A stretch of 64,000 nucleotides of DNA. It comes from a candidate division WOR-3 bacterium. Its GTDB lineage: Bacteria; Hydrothermota; Hydrothermia; JBDRYB01. The stretch lies in NCBI GenBank assembly GCA_039803205.1, contig JBDRYB010000004.1, positions 32,001-96,000 of the forward strand. The letters run 5' to 3'. The notes under the pieces were generated by a model. That model was not told the origin of the DNA and did no database searches. It worked only from the letters and a program-made list of their open reading frames with translations. Shown here piece by piece: positions 18,338 through 28,803 of the stretch. The stretch's first letter is position 1. Each line of letters starts with the position of its first letter. Made by a program: the position numbers and the translations under genes.

Positions 18338-19590
18338 GGCAAGGCATGATCCCGGCCCTCGTTATCTCAATACCCTGGCCCCTCGTTCCACAGGACCAGG
18401 CCCATCCAGTAGGAAACTCGTGGGGGGAGTATCAGGAATACTCAGGGGACCCATCCGGAGCCTACCTGCACCCTGGGGTTGATGTGATGGGAGTCACATC
18501 GGGAAAGGAGGTTCGTGCGGTTGCTTCGGGATGGGTGAAGGCTTGGATGAGCCTTGGCGGCGACATCTACTGGCGGGTTGCCACATCTGACAACAACACA
18601 TCCGATTGGTCGGACGGATGGCTTTACGCTCACATAGACCCAAACAGGTATCATGTGAATGTTGGGGATCAAGTTTCAACGGGAACAACAATAGGCTACC
18701 TGGTCGTGTGGCCCGTTCCAGGCTTTGACCACTGCCACTTCGCCCGGATACGCCACCACGGGACAAACTGGAACGACGCTGGCTGGCGCTTTATAAGAAA
18801 CCCACTGGTTGATCTTGCCCCTAACACGGATACCGTCAAACCAATCTTTGAATCAACGGGGATGAGCGGCTCTTGCAATTTCGCATTTAGGCGAAACAAC
18901 TCAAGCATCTATCTTTCCCCGGATTCCCTTTACGGCAAGGTTGATGTAATAGCCAAGATCCATGACAAATTCGGGATCTCCTGGGGCTATCCAACATACG
19001 AGAGAATAGGTGTCTACAGGATAAGCTACGAGGTGAAGGGAGCGGTTCCTTTGACCTTATCCTTCCTCTTTAGGGACACCCTTAACTACAACAGTTATGG
19101 AATCGTCTACACCATCTACGAGTATGACAACCAGCTTCAGACCCAGGGAAACTATGAAGCAAGGGAATACTACTACATCGTCACCAACACAGATGGGGAT
19201 TCAACCGTTGAGACATCGGATAGCCTGGAGGCTTGGGATACAAGCGCTCTGCCCGATGGGGAATACTGGTTCGTGGTCCAGGCAGAAGACGAGCACGGCA
19301 ATGTGAAAAGGGATTCCTGCCTCGTTAAGACCAGAAACGGGAATCCAGGCGCTGATGAAGGAGGAACCCCATCAGCCTTCCAGATGGGGCCGAGGGTCTT
19401 CTTGAACGAGAGCTGGGTTAAGGTGCCCCTGGACTGGCCAGAACCCTTGCTCTACGATGTGTCCGGTAAGAAGGTGGAGGGGATTTACGGGAATGAGGCC
19501 GGCTCATACCGAATAGCGCCTGAGGCATCTGGGGTCTATTTCCTCGTGCTAAAAGGAAAGAGGCTCAAGATGCTCAAGCTCTCACAATAA
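18334..19590 (+). CDS. M23-family metallopeptidase with T9SS-like CTD
   Basis: YLHPGVD (HxxxD), VRAVASG, YAHI, DHCHF (HxH); C-terminal LYDVSGKKV...SGVYFLVL; start 18334 or 18346. Confidence 0.85.
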   Translation: MRQGMIPALVISIPWPLVPQDQAHPVGNSWGEYQEYSGDPSGAYLHPGVDVMGVTSGKEVRAVASGWVKAWMSLGGDIYWRVATSDNNTSDWSDGWLYAHIDPNRYHVNVGDQVSTGTTIGYLVVWPVPGFDHCHFARIRHHGTNWNDAGWRFIRNPLVDLAPNTDTVKPIFESTGMSGSCNFAFRRNNSSIYLSPDSLYGKVDVIAKIHDKFGISWGYPTYERIGVYRISYEVKGAVPLTLSFLFRDTLNYNSYGIVYTIYEYDNQLQTQGNYEAREYYYIVTNTDGDSTVETSDSLEAWDTSALPDGEYWFVVQAEDEHGNVKRDSCLVKTRNGNPGADEGGTPSAFQMGPRVFLNESWVKVPLDWPEPLLYDVSGKKVEGIYGNEAGSYRIAPEASGVYFLVLKGKRLKMLKLSQ

Positions 19591-19661
19591 CCCTCATTTG
19601 TGCTGATTGCTTGGGGGCTTGACAAAAGGGTATAATATTCTCATATGTAGGGAGGTGAAAT

Positions 19662-21545
19662 ATGTTGCTTTATCTCCTCATCGTAGCTGGAGCAGGTTCT
19701 CTCACCGAGGCGGGCTCGGCAATAAGGGGCTTCTTCTATGACCCGAGCCTTTTCTTGGTGAACGAAAATGCTACCAAAACGAGAACCGTGAAGGTTCCTA
19801 GCATGGCAACGCCTATAAGGTGGAGCGGATGCGACGGATATGAGGCTCAACCGCTTCAAACCATCTACTGCTATAACACAGCCGCTCCTTCGGATTGGGC
19901 TTTCTGGTGCGCGGAGACCTTCAAGAGCTCAGACGGCATAACCGTGGAGCTATACTACAACGACGATGGCTCAAACGACGGGTGGTGCGATGACAGCTAC
20001 CGCGCCGCTTCAAACTATACGGGCACGAACGCTTTGAACTATGTCCTGGCTAATCACAACATAGGATACCTAGGAATATTCACAGGAGGATCATCTGGCC
20101 CCCCAGAGGGCGCTTATTACATCTACGGATCAGGTTCCTACACCGAGTCATACGAGGCTGTTTTCGTTGATTGCTACTCAACCAGCCCATACATGAACAG
20201 CAGCAACATGCTCGGGGACGAGATTCTCCTCCTGTGCGATGCTGGATACCCTGGGGTTCCCTTTGATGTTGGTTCCCTAACAGCGGGCTCAGCTTATGTC
20301 TTCTACGCTTACTCTTATCCCGTCGGTGGCAGCTGCGACCCCTACATGGCGATCCATCGCGGGCAGAACGACGCGACATACAACTGGCAAGCAAGGGGCG
20401 AATGGGAAGGCTGGTATAACAACACCGGTGCTGGCTCAGGGGAATCCGTGGTGTTCACGCCGGCGGCCTCCGGCCGATACGCTATACAGATAGGCCAGTG
20501 GAACCAAGGGGGCGCTCCGGAGGATACATTCGGCGTCGGATTCTACCCATACTTCAGCAACATGACCAACGAGACCCCGATTGACATACCGGACGGCGGC
20601 TTGGGCAGGTTTGTCCAACCGGACACAGTGAAGCGCTGGGCTGTTGTTGGGACAAAACCAGGAGGCACGGACGATTACGATGTCTTCATCAAGGCCACGC
20701 ACGACATAAACGCGATTTGGGATCCAGCCCTTTTGGGTTATTCAAACCTTGCCGGAAACGATCTGACGGATTTCGTTCTCATAAACTATCATAACCGCTT
20801 CGGCAGTGCCATAACAGGCGTTGACTGGTTCACTCGCTTCAACAAGATGACATGCAACCGCGTTGCAAGCGGGGAATGGTGCAGGAGCCACGGGATCATC
20901 TCGGATACCTCAAGCGCTTCATACGGGCCATACAGCTACACCGCGAGGGAAGTCGCTTGGAGCTGGGACATAATCCCGGTCCAATGCCCCCCATCGGATA
21001 CCCATGGCCTCATCATATATGTGGACATAACCTCAGGATCAATTGACCTCGGAATAGCGATCGCGGACCCGGATAACGGAGATTTTCAGGGGCGCAGCGG
21101 AGGGAGCCTCACGATAGCCAATTCTTCCGGCGCCGGAGGGGATGAAATGCTCATCTGGCAACCAGATTTTATGGCAGACACCTATGGCCTCGCTGTTTTC
21201 TCAGAGAACATGAACTCCGGGACATTCCAGATAACCTACAGGTGTCCGAGGCCGCTTGATACATACGAGGCGCCAGGAGACCATCCCCAAGAGCTCAGCT
21301 TGAGGCTTAAAACCAGCCCAATTCAGGATATTCTCTCTTTCACCCTCGGCCTCCCAGGAGACACCAGGGTTGAGCTCGCCATATATGACGCGACCGGAAG
21401 GGTTGTCGTGTCAAAGGACCTGGGTCATTTCCAGCCCGGCTGGCACGAGATAAACGAGGACATCTCAACCCTGACGAAAGGAGTGTTCTTTGTCAGGGTC
21501 AGGACACAGATGGGTTGGCTCCAGAGAAAGGTGATCCTCAAATAA
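19662..21545 (+). CDS. Secreted multi-domain beta-sandwich protein with T9SS-like CTD
   Basis: SD GGAGGTG; repeated N..GAGxxE units (PPC-like); LAIYDATGRVV...KGVFFVRV...KVILK. Confidence 0.8.
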   Translation: MLLYLLIVAGAGSLTEAGSAIRGFFYDPSLFLVNENATKTRTVKVPSMATPIRWSGCDGYEAQPLQTIYCYNTAAPSDWAFWCAETFKSSDGITVELYYNDDGSNDGWCDDSYRAASNYTGTNALNYVLANHNIGYLGIFTGGSSGPPEGAYYIYGSGSYTESYEAVFVDCYSTSPYMNSSNMLGDEILLLCDAGYPGVPFDVGSLTAGSAYVFYAYSYPVGGSCDPYMAIHRGQNDATYNWQARGEWEGWYNNTGAGSGESVVFTPAASGRYAIQIGQWNQGGAPEDTFGVGFYPYFSNMTNETPIDIPDGGLGRFVQPDTVKRWAVVGTKPGGTDDYDVFIKATHDINAIWDPALLGYSNLAGNDLTDFVLINYHNRFGSAITGVDWFTRFNKMTCNRVASGEWCRSHGIISDTSSASYGPYSYTAREVAWSWDIIPVQCPPSDTHGLIIYVDITSGSIDLGIAIADPDNGDFQGRSGGSLTIANSSGAGGDEMLIWQPDFMADTYGLAVFSENMNSGTFQITYRCPRPLDTYEAPGDHPQELSLRLKTSPIQDILSFTLGLPGDTRVELAIYDATGRVVVSKDLGHFQPGWHEINEDISTLTKGVFFVRVRTQMGWLQRKVILK

Positions 21546-21567
21546 CCCAAGTTTTTTCAATAATCGC

Positions 21568-21588
21568 GGCCCCTCTCGGGGCCTTTTT
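21568..21588 (+). terminator. Rho-independent terminator
   Basis: GGCCCC-TCTC-GGGGCC-TTTTT between convergent genes. Confidence 0.7.
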
Positions 21589-22705
21589 ATTTGCTTGCCT
21601 CCTCAACTATACGCCAGAACCTCTCTCTTACCTTATGAGCTGAAAAATCCTCAGCCCTTTGTCTCGCGGCCCGGCCCATCCTCTCAGAAAGAGGGTCATC
21701 CGCCAGCAGGGAGACGATCCTCTCGGCCAATCCGATGTGATCCCCAGGCTGAACGAAAAAACCCTCCCTGGCCTCGGAAATGATCTCGGGCCCTGCTCCA
21801 ACTGGGGTTATAATGCAGGCTAGACCAGCTGAGAGTGCTTCCGCTAGAGCGACCGAAAACCCCTCTGAATAGGAAGGGAGGACAAAGACCCTTGATGATG
21901 CAAAGATCCTGATCTTGTCCTCTCCTCGTAGGTCCCTGTAGAACTCAAGGTAGCCCTCAAGTCCATTCTGTTTTATCTCTTTCCAGAAGACCTCATTCGG
22001 ATCCTCTGGAACAAGCCTCTTGCCGCTTGTCGCGTCCCAAAATATGTTCGTCTCCCTTCTCTTTGGCCAACCAACAAATACGAACTTAGCGGAGGGAACC
22101 TCCCTGACTACAATTGGCACGGCCCTCAAAAGGGTGGTGTATCCCTTCGCATGGGAAAGGTGTCCGACAAACAGGACGCGCCTCGGCCTGGGATAAGGAG
22201 CCAGAGGAAAATCCGGAGCCGGGTTCGGTAAAACATATACCCTCCTGACTAAGCCGGCGAACATGGGCGCAAGGCGTTCGGCTTGAACTATTGCCCCTGA
22301 TGCGAGCCTCAGGCAAACTCTCACAACCAGGCGCGTGAAGGGGTCCGTATCTCTGAGGAAGAAACCGAAATGCCCTCCCCTGAAGTGAAGCAAGGGCCGC
22401 GATCCAAGGGCTCTGGAGAGGATTATTACGATGGAATCCCTAACCCAACCGAGCCGGGTAGCTGTTATGGAATAGTAGACTATTCTAGGGCGCCAGGATA
22501 AGAGCTGAAACAGGAGAACCAGGATGATCCTAATGAGGCTCACGATGCCAGCAACCCCAACTGTTCCTCTCGCCTCAGGGGAGCGCCTGTAGTTCGTGTT
22601 TATGACCCTGAGATCAAAAGGATGGTTGGCCTCAAGAAGGAGGGCGCTCGCGTTTTCGGGGCCGGTATATGGCGGCGGAAGGGGAACAACCGCGAGGAGC
22701 TTCAT
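21587..22705 (-). CDS. GT4 glycosyltransferase
   Basis: PLPPPYTG, FVGHLSHAKG, LPSYSEGFSVALAEA; ATG coupled to upstream TGA. Confidence 0.9.
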   Translation of the reverse strand: MKLLAVVPLPPPYTGPENASALLLEANHPFDLRVINTNYRRSPEARGTVGVAGIVSLIRIILVLLFQLLSWRPRIVYYSITATRLGWVRDSIVIILSRALGSRPLLHFRGGHFGFFLRDTDPFTRLVVRVCLRLASGAIVQAERLAPMFAGLVRRVYVLPNPAPDFPLAPYPRPRRVLFVGHLSHAKGYTTLLRAVPIVVREVPSAKFVFVGWPKRRETNIFWDATSGKRLVPEDPNEVFWKEIKQNGLEGYLEFYRDLRGEDKIRIFASSRVFVLPSYSEGFSVALAEALSAGLACIITPVGAGPEIISEAREGFFVQPGDHIGLAERIVSLLADDPLSERMGRAARQRAEDFSAHKVRERFWRIVEEASK

Positions 22706-23478
22706 CAGAAGGAGAAGGAGAGCTTGAAATAAGGGCAGAACCGCTCGTGCACGAACCAAGATGGACCATAGGTATACGCGATATCCAGAAGGGTATCCGG
22801 AGGGAAAGACAACTTCTCAGAACCCACCCCAACTCCTCTGCGGGTATCCCACACGAGAACCCCCCAGCCTTCCGGTGGTATCTCAGGGTGGAACCTGGAC
22901 CAAAGAGGAACATAGATGAATCCGATCTCAAAATAGGACCCCTCGCCCACACGGTAAATTCCGAATGTATACGGATTATAGTTGCCGGGGATTATGCACC
23001 AAAGGAGCAGGGGGAGATCCTCTTGGCCACGGTATATATCAGAAATGCCCGTATATTCGTTCAAAAAAGGGTTATCAAGAATCATCCACTGGTATCTGAA
23101 GCCCCATTCGTTCATATTTCCTCTGAAGTGGGCATCGGAGATATACGCGCCCAGGCTTGCCCACGCGATGTCCATCAGGGAAACAGGGCATGTTCGCAGT
23201 ATGTAATGTTCACCGAGCTCACAGCCCGCAAAGGCAAAAATAGTAATCGGCAATGCCGCGTCGCCCAGCCAAGGGTGCATAAAGGATTCAAGCATATATC
23301 CCCCGGCAAAGTGCCCCTGATAGAAAGAACTGAAATACTGGCCGAACTCGCATTTCTCGTCCTGGAAGTGAAGTTTGGTAAACCAGAGGTCCACGCTTAT
23401 CGTCGTGAACCTGTCGCCCTCATAGTCGTAATAAATGTCCCTCTGCCAGAAGAGCCCGGAAGCCAGAGCCAAGATCAA
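22705..23478 (-). CDS. Hypothetical, putative outer-membrane beta-barrel protein
   Basis: Aromatic-rich, C-terminal YFKLSFSF (beta-signal-like terminal Phe); translationally coupled on both sides. Confidence 0.55.
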   Translation of the reverse strand: MILALASGLFWQRDIYYDYEGDRFTTISVDLWFTKLHFQDEKCEFGQYFSSFYQGHFAGGYMLESFMHPWLGDAALPITIFAFAGCELGEHYILRTCPVSLMDIAWASLGAYISDAHFRGNMNEWGFRYQWMILDNPFLNEYTGISDIYRGQEDLPLLLWCIIPGNYNPYTFGIYRVGEGSYFEIGFIYVPLWSRFHPEIPPEGWGVLVWDTRRGVGVGSEKLSFPPDTLLDIAYTYGPSWFVHERFCPYFKLSFSF

Positions 23479-24188
23479 ATCTTCACCTCCTCTATCTTTT
23501 CTTTACCGAATCCCACGAGACTCAGAAACTCACCCTCCAAGACTATGTATGTGAAAGCGCTTAGCCAATCCCCAGCGCAAGCCAGGACTTTATCGTTGAC
23601 CTTCCGGAGGAAAGGGGTGTGGAAGTGTCCTGCCACGAGGCACCGGATGTCCTCCGTCATTTCCTTGAGCATCCAAGCAGTGACCTCCGGCGGCAGCTCA
23701 AGCCTTCCTGACTTGACTCGCGAGAGCTTTGAGACCCATGAAGCCAGAGGGACTCCAAGAGCAGGGTGAATAAGCGAATACATCCAGGTCAAAAAGGGAT
23801 TTCCCAGAATTAGTCGTCCGAGGCTATTGCGCCTTCCTATCATGTCTCCATGGACAGCAATGAGCCTATTCCCCCCGAGGTCAAACATGACGCCCCCCTT
23901 TCTTACCTTTGGCCCGAAAGATTCAAGCAACCTCCCAGCCCATATGTCATGGTTACCTGGTATGTAAAATATCTCTGCCCTTTCAGAGAGCTCCTTGAAG
24001 GCACACAGAATTGGGAAATGCCCAGCCTGTATCATGTCCGGATATTCAAACCAGAAATCAAATATGTCCCCAAGGAGAACCAGGGTATCCCCCTCATCTA
24101 TCTCATCCAAAAACATGAGAAACCGAGAGAGACGCTCCGGATCCGGCTTGGGCTCAAAATGGCAATCCCCAGCAAAGAATATCCTCAT
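23475..24188 (-). CDS. lpxH: UDP-2,3-diacylglucosamine diphosphatase (LpxH-like metallophosphoesterase)
   Basis: GDCH, LGDIFDFWFEY, GNHD, HGD, GHFH, GDW. Confidence 0.85.
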   Translation of the reverse strand: MRIFFAGDCHFEPKPDPERLSRFLMFLDEIDEGDTLVLLGDIFDFWFEYPDMIQAGHFPILCAFKELSERAEIFYIPGNHDIWAGRLLESFGPKVRKGGVMFDLGGNRLIAVHGDMIGRRNSLGRLILGNPFLTWMYSLIHPALGVPLASWVSKLSRVKSGRLELPPEVTAWMLKEMTEDIRCLVAGHFHTPFLRKVNDKVLACAGDWLSAFTYIVLEGEFLSLVGFGKEKIEEVKI

Positions 24189-24571
24189 CTGCTTCCCGCT
24201 TTCATTACGCTCCTGGCCGCTAAAGCAGAATCAACAAGGCCAATCAGTATGAGAAGCCAGGCAAAGAGCTTGTTTCCGCCCAGAAACGAGGTGAGGAGGG
24301 CCGATGAATTGAAAAACAGAACTATGAGCGCTACGGTCAAGAGGACGAGGTTGAAATTGAGAGAGTCTTCCGGTATTGTGCCGTGGAGGCGCTTCTTGAG
24401 CCATTTGGCGAGGTATTCAGAGCCAAATGAGCCTATGAGGGCTATCAGAAAAGCAATCCAAATGAGGCCTTGACGCTCATGGATTGGACCGAGTTTCCAA
24501 ATTACAGCGGCCGCGGCCAGTGAAGGCACTAGCGAGACCAAAAGATAAACCAGAATATACTTTCTCCGCAT
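24185..24571 (-). CDS. Small 4-TM membrane protein
   Basis: Four hydrophobic segments; ATGA overlap with lpxH; upstream TTGAAC-N18-TATCCT. Confidence 0.7.
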   Translation of the reverse strand: MRRKYILVYLLVSLVPSLAAAAVIWKLGPIHERQGLIWIAFLIALIGSFGSEYLAKWLKKRLHGTIPEDSLNFNLVLLTVALIVLFFNSSALLTSFLGGNKLFAWLLILIGLVDSALAARSVMKAGSR

Positions 24572-24667
24572 GGGCTAAAGGATATTGCCATAGGCGGTTT
24601 TGGTTCAACTCGTGGCGCTTGCGGTTCATGTGCTAGTTGGATTATAATTTGTAAGCGGAGGTTCATT

Positions 24668-26020
24668 ATGATTGGTTTTATGATGGGAATTTTGCTCGCA
24701 GGGGGTTGGTGGAGGCAGTGGGATGGCGGGGGAGATGACTGGGGATACTCGGTTTGTGTGGACGGCGCAAACAACATCATAGTCGGCGGAGACAGCTACA
24801 ACCCTGGAACCGGAACGATTGACGGACACATCTGGAAATACGACTCCTCGGGCAATCTCCTCTGGGATACCCCCATACCAAACCCAGGCAACCAGCTCTT
24901 CAGGGGCATTGACACCGACACCGACAACAATATCTATGTGTGCATGACAGATTATCTGGCCAATAAGATGCTCGTCGTGAAATACACATCAACAGGAAGC
25001 TTCAGGTGGAGCTTCTCCTTTGGCCCAAACAGCAATGCTCTTTATGAGGTGCACGACATATGGGTTGACAGGGACAGGGTCTTCGCGGTTGGCTTTGAGA
25101 ATGACACCGTTGAGGACACGATCACCATGGTCCTCCACTACATTGATACAGGAGGAACCCTCATCAGAACAGTATACTGGAACGGACGCGGCATCTTCGG
25201 CGCTGATGCTTTTGGCCACTCGGTCTGCGTCAACTCCGCGGGCAATCCGGTTGCGGGCGGATGCAGGGTTGATTATCCCCTACCCAATTACAAGGCAATG
25301 CTTGTTGAGTTCTCCAGAACAACCGGCCAGGAGGTGAGGCGAGTTGAGTTCAATCCCACGAACTACTGGGAGTTCGTTGAGGACATAGATGTCCACCCCA
25401 GCGGAGACCTGGTCTTCGTCGTGAGGGTTGATTCAGACCCGAAAAGCTCTTATGTCTGCCGATACACCAGCACTTTCTCTCCCGTGTGGCAGAGAAGCAT
25501 ATCCTCAGGAGCAATAAGATATAGCCTCTACGGCGTTGATGTCGGGCCCGGGGACACGGTTCTGGTCTCAGGCCTACTCCAGGAGAACGGCCAGGACGCG
25601 GAGTTCTGGATCAGAAAATACAATTGGAGTGGAGATTCGGTCTGGGGAACAACAATAGACCACAGCCTAGGATACGACGATTGGTCAGAGGATTGCGCTT
25701 GGGATAAAACAGGCTATGTGATAGCCGCTGGCGGAACCGTGGCCGGGGGAACAAACAAGGATATGCTCGTCTACAAATTGCCCCTTCCGCCGGTTGGATC
25801 AGAGGAGTCTGGGAAGCCGTGCCAGGGCATCCAGGCCGTTCCAAATCCTTTCAGAACAGAAATAACCATATCGGGAGCAGAAGGCCCATATCATGTATAT
25901 GACGCGAGCGGAAGGCTCCTCTTCGCAACAACAGATAAGAGATTTGGGGGGTGGCTTGAGCCGGGGGTCTATTTCATAGGGACCAAGAAGGGGATGATCA
26001 GGGTAATAAAGATCAGGTGA
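24668..26020 (+). CDS. Secreted beta-propeller protein with T9SS-like CTD
   Basis: KYDSSGNLLW-type repeats; PNPF...VYDASGRLL...PGVYFI...RVIKIR; SD GGAGG. Confidence 0.85.
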   Translation: MIGFMMGILLAGGWWRQWDGGGDDWGYSVCVDGANNIIVGGDSYNPGTGTIDGHIWKYDSSGNLLWDTPIPNPGNQLFRGIDTDTDNNIYVCMTDYLANKMLVVKYTSTGSFRWSFSFGPNSNALYEVHDIWVDRDRVFAVGFENDTVEDTITMVLHYIDTGGTLIRTVYWNGRGIFGADAFGHSVCVNSAGNPVAGGCRVDYPLPNYKAMLVEFSRTTGQEVRRVEFNPTNYWEFVEDIDVHPSGDLVFVVRVDSDPKSSYVCRYTSTFSPVWQRSISSGAIRYSLYGVDVGPGDTVLVSGLLQENGQDAEFWIRKYNWSGDSVWGTTIDHSLGYDDWSEDCAWDKTGYVIAAGGTVAGGTNKDMLVYKLPLPPVGSEESGKPCQGIQAVPNPFRTEITISGAEGPYHVYDASGRLLFATTDKRFGGWLEPGVYFIGTKKGMIRVIKIR

Positions 26021-26065
26021 AGAAAGCAAAATCGGCCTCGGGCCACGCATTCGTAGGGGTGAGAG

Positions 26066-28039
26066 CTACAGACCTCCGATCCCATCAGCCACGAGCTCAG
26101 CCACATCCCTGACCATCACATCCTCTCTATCAGCATCCTTGAGGCCATCCTCAAGCATGGTCGCGCAGAATGGGCAAGCGGTCGCTATGAGGCTCGCCCG
26201 GGTCCCAATGGCCTCGGATGTCCTACGCCTGTATATCTTCTCGCCAATCCTCTCCTCCATAAAGAAGCGCCCGCCTCCTCCACCGCAACAGAGGGAATAG
26301 GCTCGTGCGTTCTTCATCTCTGTTATCTCGCCCATATGAGAGAGAACAGCCCTCGGTTCGTCGTAGCGGCCCGAGTGCCTTCCGAGATAACAGGGATCGT
26401 GATATGTTATGAGCTTCCCTGTCCGAGGAGGGCTTATCTTGCCCTCTTGGATCAGCTTCAGGATAAATCTCGGGTGGTCTATCACGCTGATTCTCACCCC
26501 GAACTGGGGATACTCATTTCTGAGAACAAAATAGCAGTGAGGACATATGGTTATAACCCTTCTCACCCCCAGGGCCGAGAATGTCTCAGCGTTCTCGGCG
26601 GCCAGCATCTGAAAGAGATACTCGTTTCCCGTTCTGCGGGCGAGATCCCCGTTGCACTTGAACAGAGAACCAGCCACCCCGAATCTCACATCCGCGGCCA
26701 GGAGGATCCTGACCATAGCCCTTGCTATTTTTTGGCCCCGAGGGTCTAGCGCGCCAGCGCATCCCTCCCAGAGAAGATACTCGGGGTTTTCGGCCTGATC
26801 AAACCTCTTGGCCCCTGTGTCCGAGAACCACTCGTCCCTCTTAACAGCCTCTATGCCCCATGGATTACCGTATATCTCAAGGGCTTTGTAGGCAGGGTTT
26901 AGCTCAGGGGGGTTCTGACCCATGTCAAGCACGAGCCCCTGCCTGGCGTGAAGGAGGGCCATCATCGGCTCATTTGCCATCGGGCATATCTCCATGCAAG
27001 CCGAGCAGGTAGTGCAGGAGAATATCGCGTCTTGGGTGAGAACCCCCTCTGTTATTGGCCTATCATAGGCCCTTTCCCAGAGTAGGAACCTCGTGTTTTC
27101 AACGACCGATTTCGGGGAAAGGGGCTTTCTGGTCAGATAAGCGGGGCAATTGTCCTGGCACCTGCCGCATTCTATACAGGCGAAGGAATCAAGAAGGTTC
27201 TTCCAGGGAAGATGAGCCAGGTTTATGGCGCCGAAGTGCTCCAGGTTCTCGTTCTCAAGCTCCAGCCTCTCCATCTTTCCGTGGGGCTCCATCTTCCTGA
27301 AGAAGAGGTTCACTGGCCCGAAGAAAAGGTGCACATGCTTGCAGTGCGGCATGTAAAAGAGGAAAGCAATGAAAACCCCCATGCCCATCCACCAACCCGC
27401 TTTCTGAAGAGCGTGGGCTGAACCTCCCGAAAGCACTGAGGCCACCAGCGATGAAAACGGCAAAAAGAGGCCCGCAAAAGCATCCGGCTCCGCGGCCATT
27501 GCGGCGCCAGTTTCCAGGAAATACGATGCCATATGCAGGAATATGAGCGAGAAGACTATAATTGATTCAATGGTGGGCATGAACCTGGCCTTCGGATGAA
27601 CGAGAACACCTCCTCCCTCGGTATCCACATAGAGCCCACGGGGTCTAAGGGCAAACCTCCTTATGGCAAGGGTCACTACCCCTATGAGCGCGAGAAAAGC
27701 GGTTAAATCCAGGAGGGTCGCGAGGTGCCTGAGCGCGGGTATCCGATGCAGAGAGGGGCCTCCAAGGCCTCCTGATACGCTGAAAGCCACGGTCGCAACG
27801 AAGGCAAAGAAGGCCCACGCTATAAAAGCGTGCATTATCCCCGAGAATATCCTCCTGCCACCTATGGAGCAAGACTGTATAATGGGTCTCCACAGTGCTC
27901 CCCAGAGCCGCAGAAGGGGCCTATCGGTTCTTTTTATGGCCTTGCCCTTTCGGGCGGATGACCACCTGAGCCATATCCCATAGATGAAAGCCATCCAGCC
28001 AAAGATAAAGAGAAGCAGAAAAATTACCTTCTCAATCAT
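26066..28039 (-). CDS. Membrane-anchored Fe-S oxidoreductase (FadF/HdrD-like; TM + 4Fe-4S + CCG domains)
   Basis: CIECGRCQDNCP, CTTCSACMEICP, HDPCYLGR, CCGGGGG, ACPFC; N-terminal TMs with His. Confidence 0.92.
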   Translation of the reverse strand: MIEKVIFLLLFIFGWMAFIYGIWLRWSSARKGKAIKRTDRPLLRLWGALWRPIIQSCSIGGRRIFSGIMHAFIAWAFFAFVATVAFSVSGGLGGPSLHRIPALRHLATLLDLTAFLALIGVVTLAIRRFALRPRGLYVDTEGGGVLVHPKARFMPTIESIIVFSLIFLHMASYFLETGAAMAAEPDAFAGLFLPFSSLVASVLSGGSAHALQKAGWWMGMGVFIAFLFYMPHCKHVHLFFGPVNLFFRKMEPHGKMERLELENENLEHFGAINLAHLPWKNLLDSFACIECGRCQDNCPAYLTRKPLSPKSVVENTRFLLWERAYDRPITEGVLTQDAIFSCTTCSACMEICPMANEPMMALLHARQGLVLDMGQNPPELNPAYKALEIYGNPWGIEAVKRDEWFSDTGAKRFDQAENPEYLLWEGCAGALDPRGQKIARAMVRILLAADVRFGVAGSLFKCNGDLARRTGNEYLFQMLAAENAETFSALGVRRVITICPHCYFVLRNEYPQFGVRISVIDHPRFILKLIQEGKISPPRTGKLITYHDPCYLGRHSGRYDEPRAVLSHMGEITEMKNARAYSLCCGGGGGRFFMEERIGEKIYRRRTSEAIGTRASLIATACPFCATMLEDGLKDADREDVMVRDVAELVADGIGGL

Positions 28040-28098
28040 AAGGCCTAAAATTCTAACGGACGAAACAAACCCCCTGCACCCACGCTTGAGCTCTAACC

Positions 28099-28803
28099 TT
28101 ACTCTATGGGCTTGAACATGTCCTTCGTTACCCCGCAGACAGGACAAGTCCAGGTATCCGGCAGGCTCTCAAATGAGGTTCCGGGCGGTATCTTGCCATC
28201 CGGATCCCCCTTCTCGGGGTCATAGATGTAGCCGCAGACAGAGCAACGGTATTTTCTCAAAAGTGCCTTTGCTTCTGAGGGTTCTTTTGACATCGGCTCT
28301 TCTCCCTGGTATGTTGGGGCCTTCGGCGGAGAATAGCCCTTCTTTACCTGGTGATAATAGGCATAAGTCATGGGTTCAGCCTCGGCAAGGACCTCCGCAT
28401 CCAGAACCTCGCCCACGAATATCGTGTGGGTTCCCACATCCACCGACTCCGTTACCCTGCACTCAAACCAAGCGACCGCGTTCTCCGTGACTACGGGCGC
28501 GCCGGTCTTGCCGATGAAGTGTTTCGTGTCCGAGAGCTTATCGATCTCTCGGCCTGACTTGAACCCGAACTTGCCGATGAAGGGCATGGGTGTATCCTGG
28601 GCCAGGACAGAGACCGAAAATATCCCTGATTCCTTCACGAACTCGCAGGTCAGGTTCCCGTTGTTGAGCGCGACCGCGATCTTGGGCGGCTCCGCGGTGA
28701 CCTGAACAGCGACATTCGCTATCTGGCCGTTGAGCCTGTCTCCTTTCTTTGAAGCCACGACGAAGACGCCGTAGCTGATCTTGTGAAAAGCGGATCTGTT
28801 CAC
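28099..28803 (-). CDS. Flavin reductase-rubredoxin fusion (high-molecular-weight rubredoxin)
   Basis: [19 protein letters not shown]-terminal [10 protein letters not shown]...WTCPVC. Confidence 0.93.
   Translation of the reverse strand: MNRSAFHKISYGVFVVASKKGDRLNGQIANVAVQVTAEPPKIAVALNNGNLTCEFVKESGIFSVSVLAQDTPMPFIGKFGFKSGREIDKLSDTKHFIGKTGAPVVTENAVAWFECRVTESVDVGTHTIFVGEVLDAEVLAEAEPMTYAYYHQVKKGYSPPKAPTYQGEEPMSKEPSEAKALLRKYRCSVCGYIYDPEKGDPDGKIPPGTSFESLPDTWTCPVCGVTKDMFKPIE

Noticed and set aside
19619..19636. TTGACA and TATAAT as one consensus promoter
   Set aside because: They are only 6 bp apart; TATAAT more likely pairs with TTGCTT 18 bp upstream.
22669..23769. 366-aa plus-strand ORF
   Set aside because: Antisense shadow of the coupled lpxH operon; no recognisable motifs.
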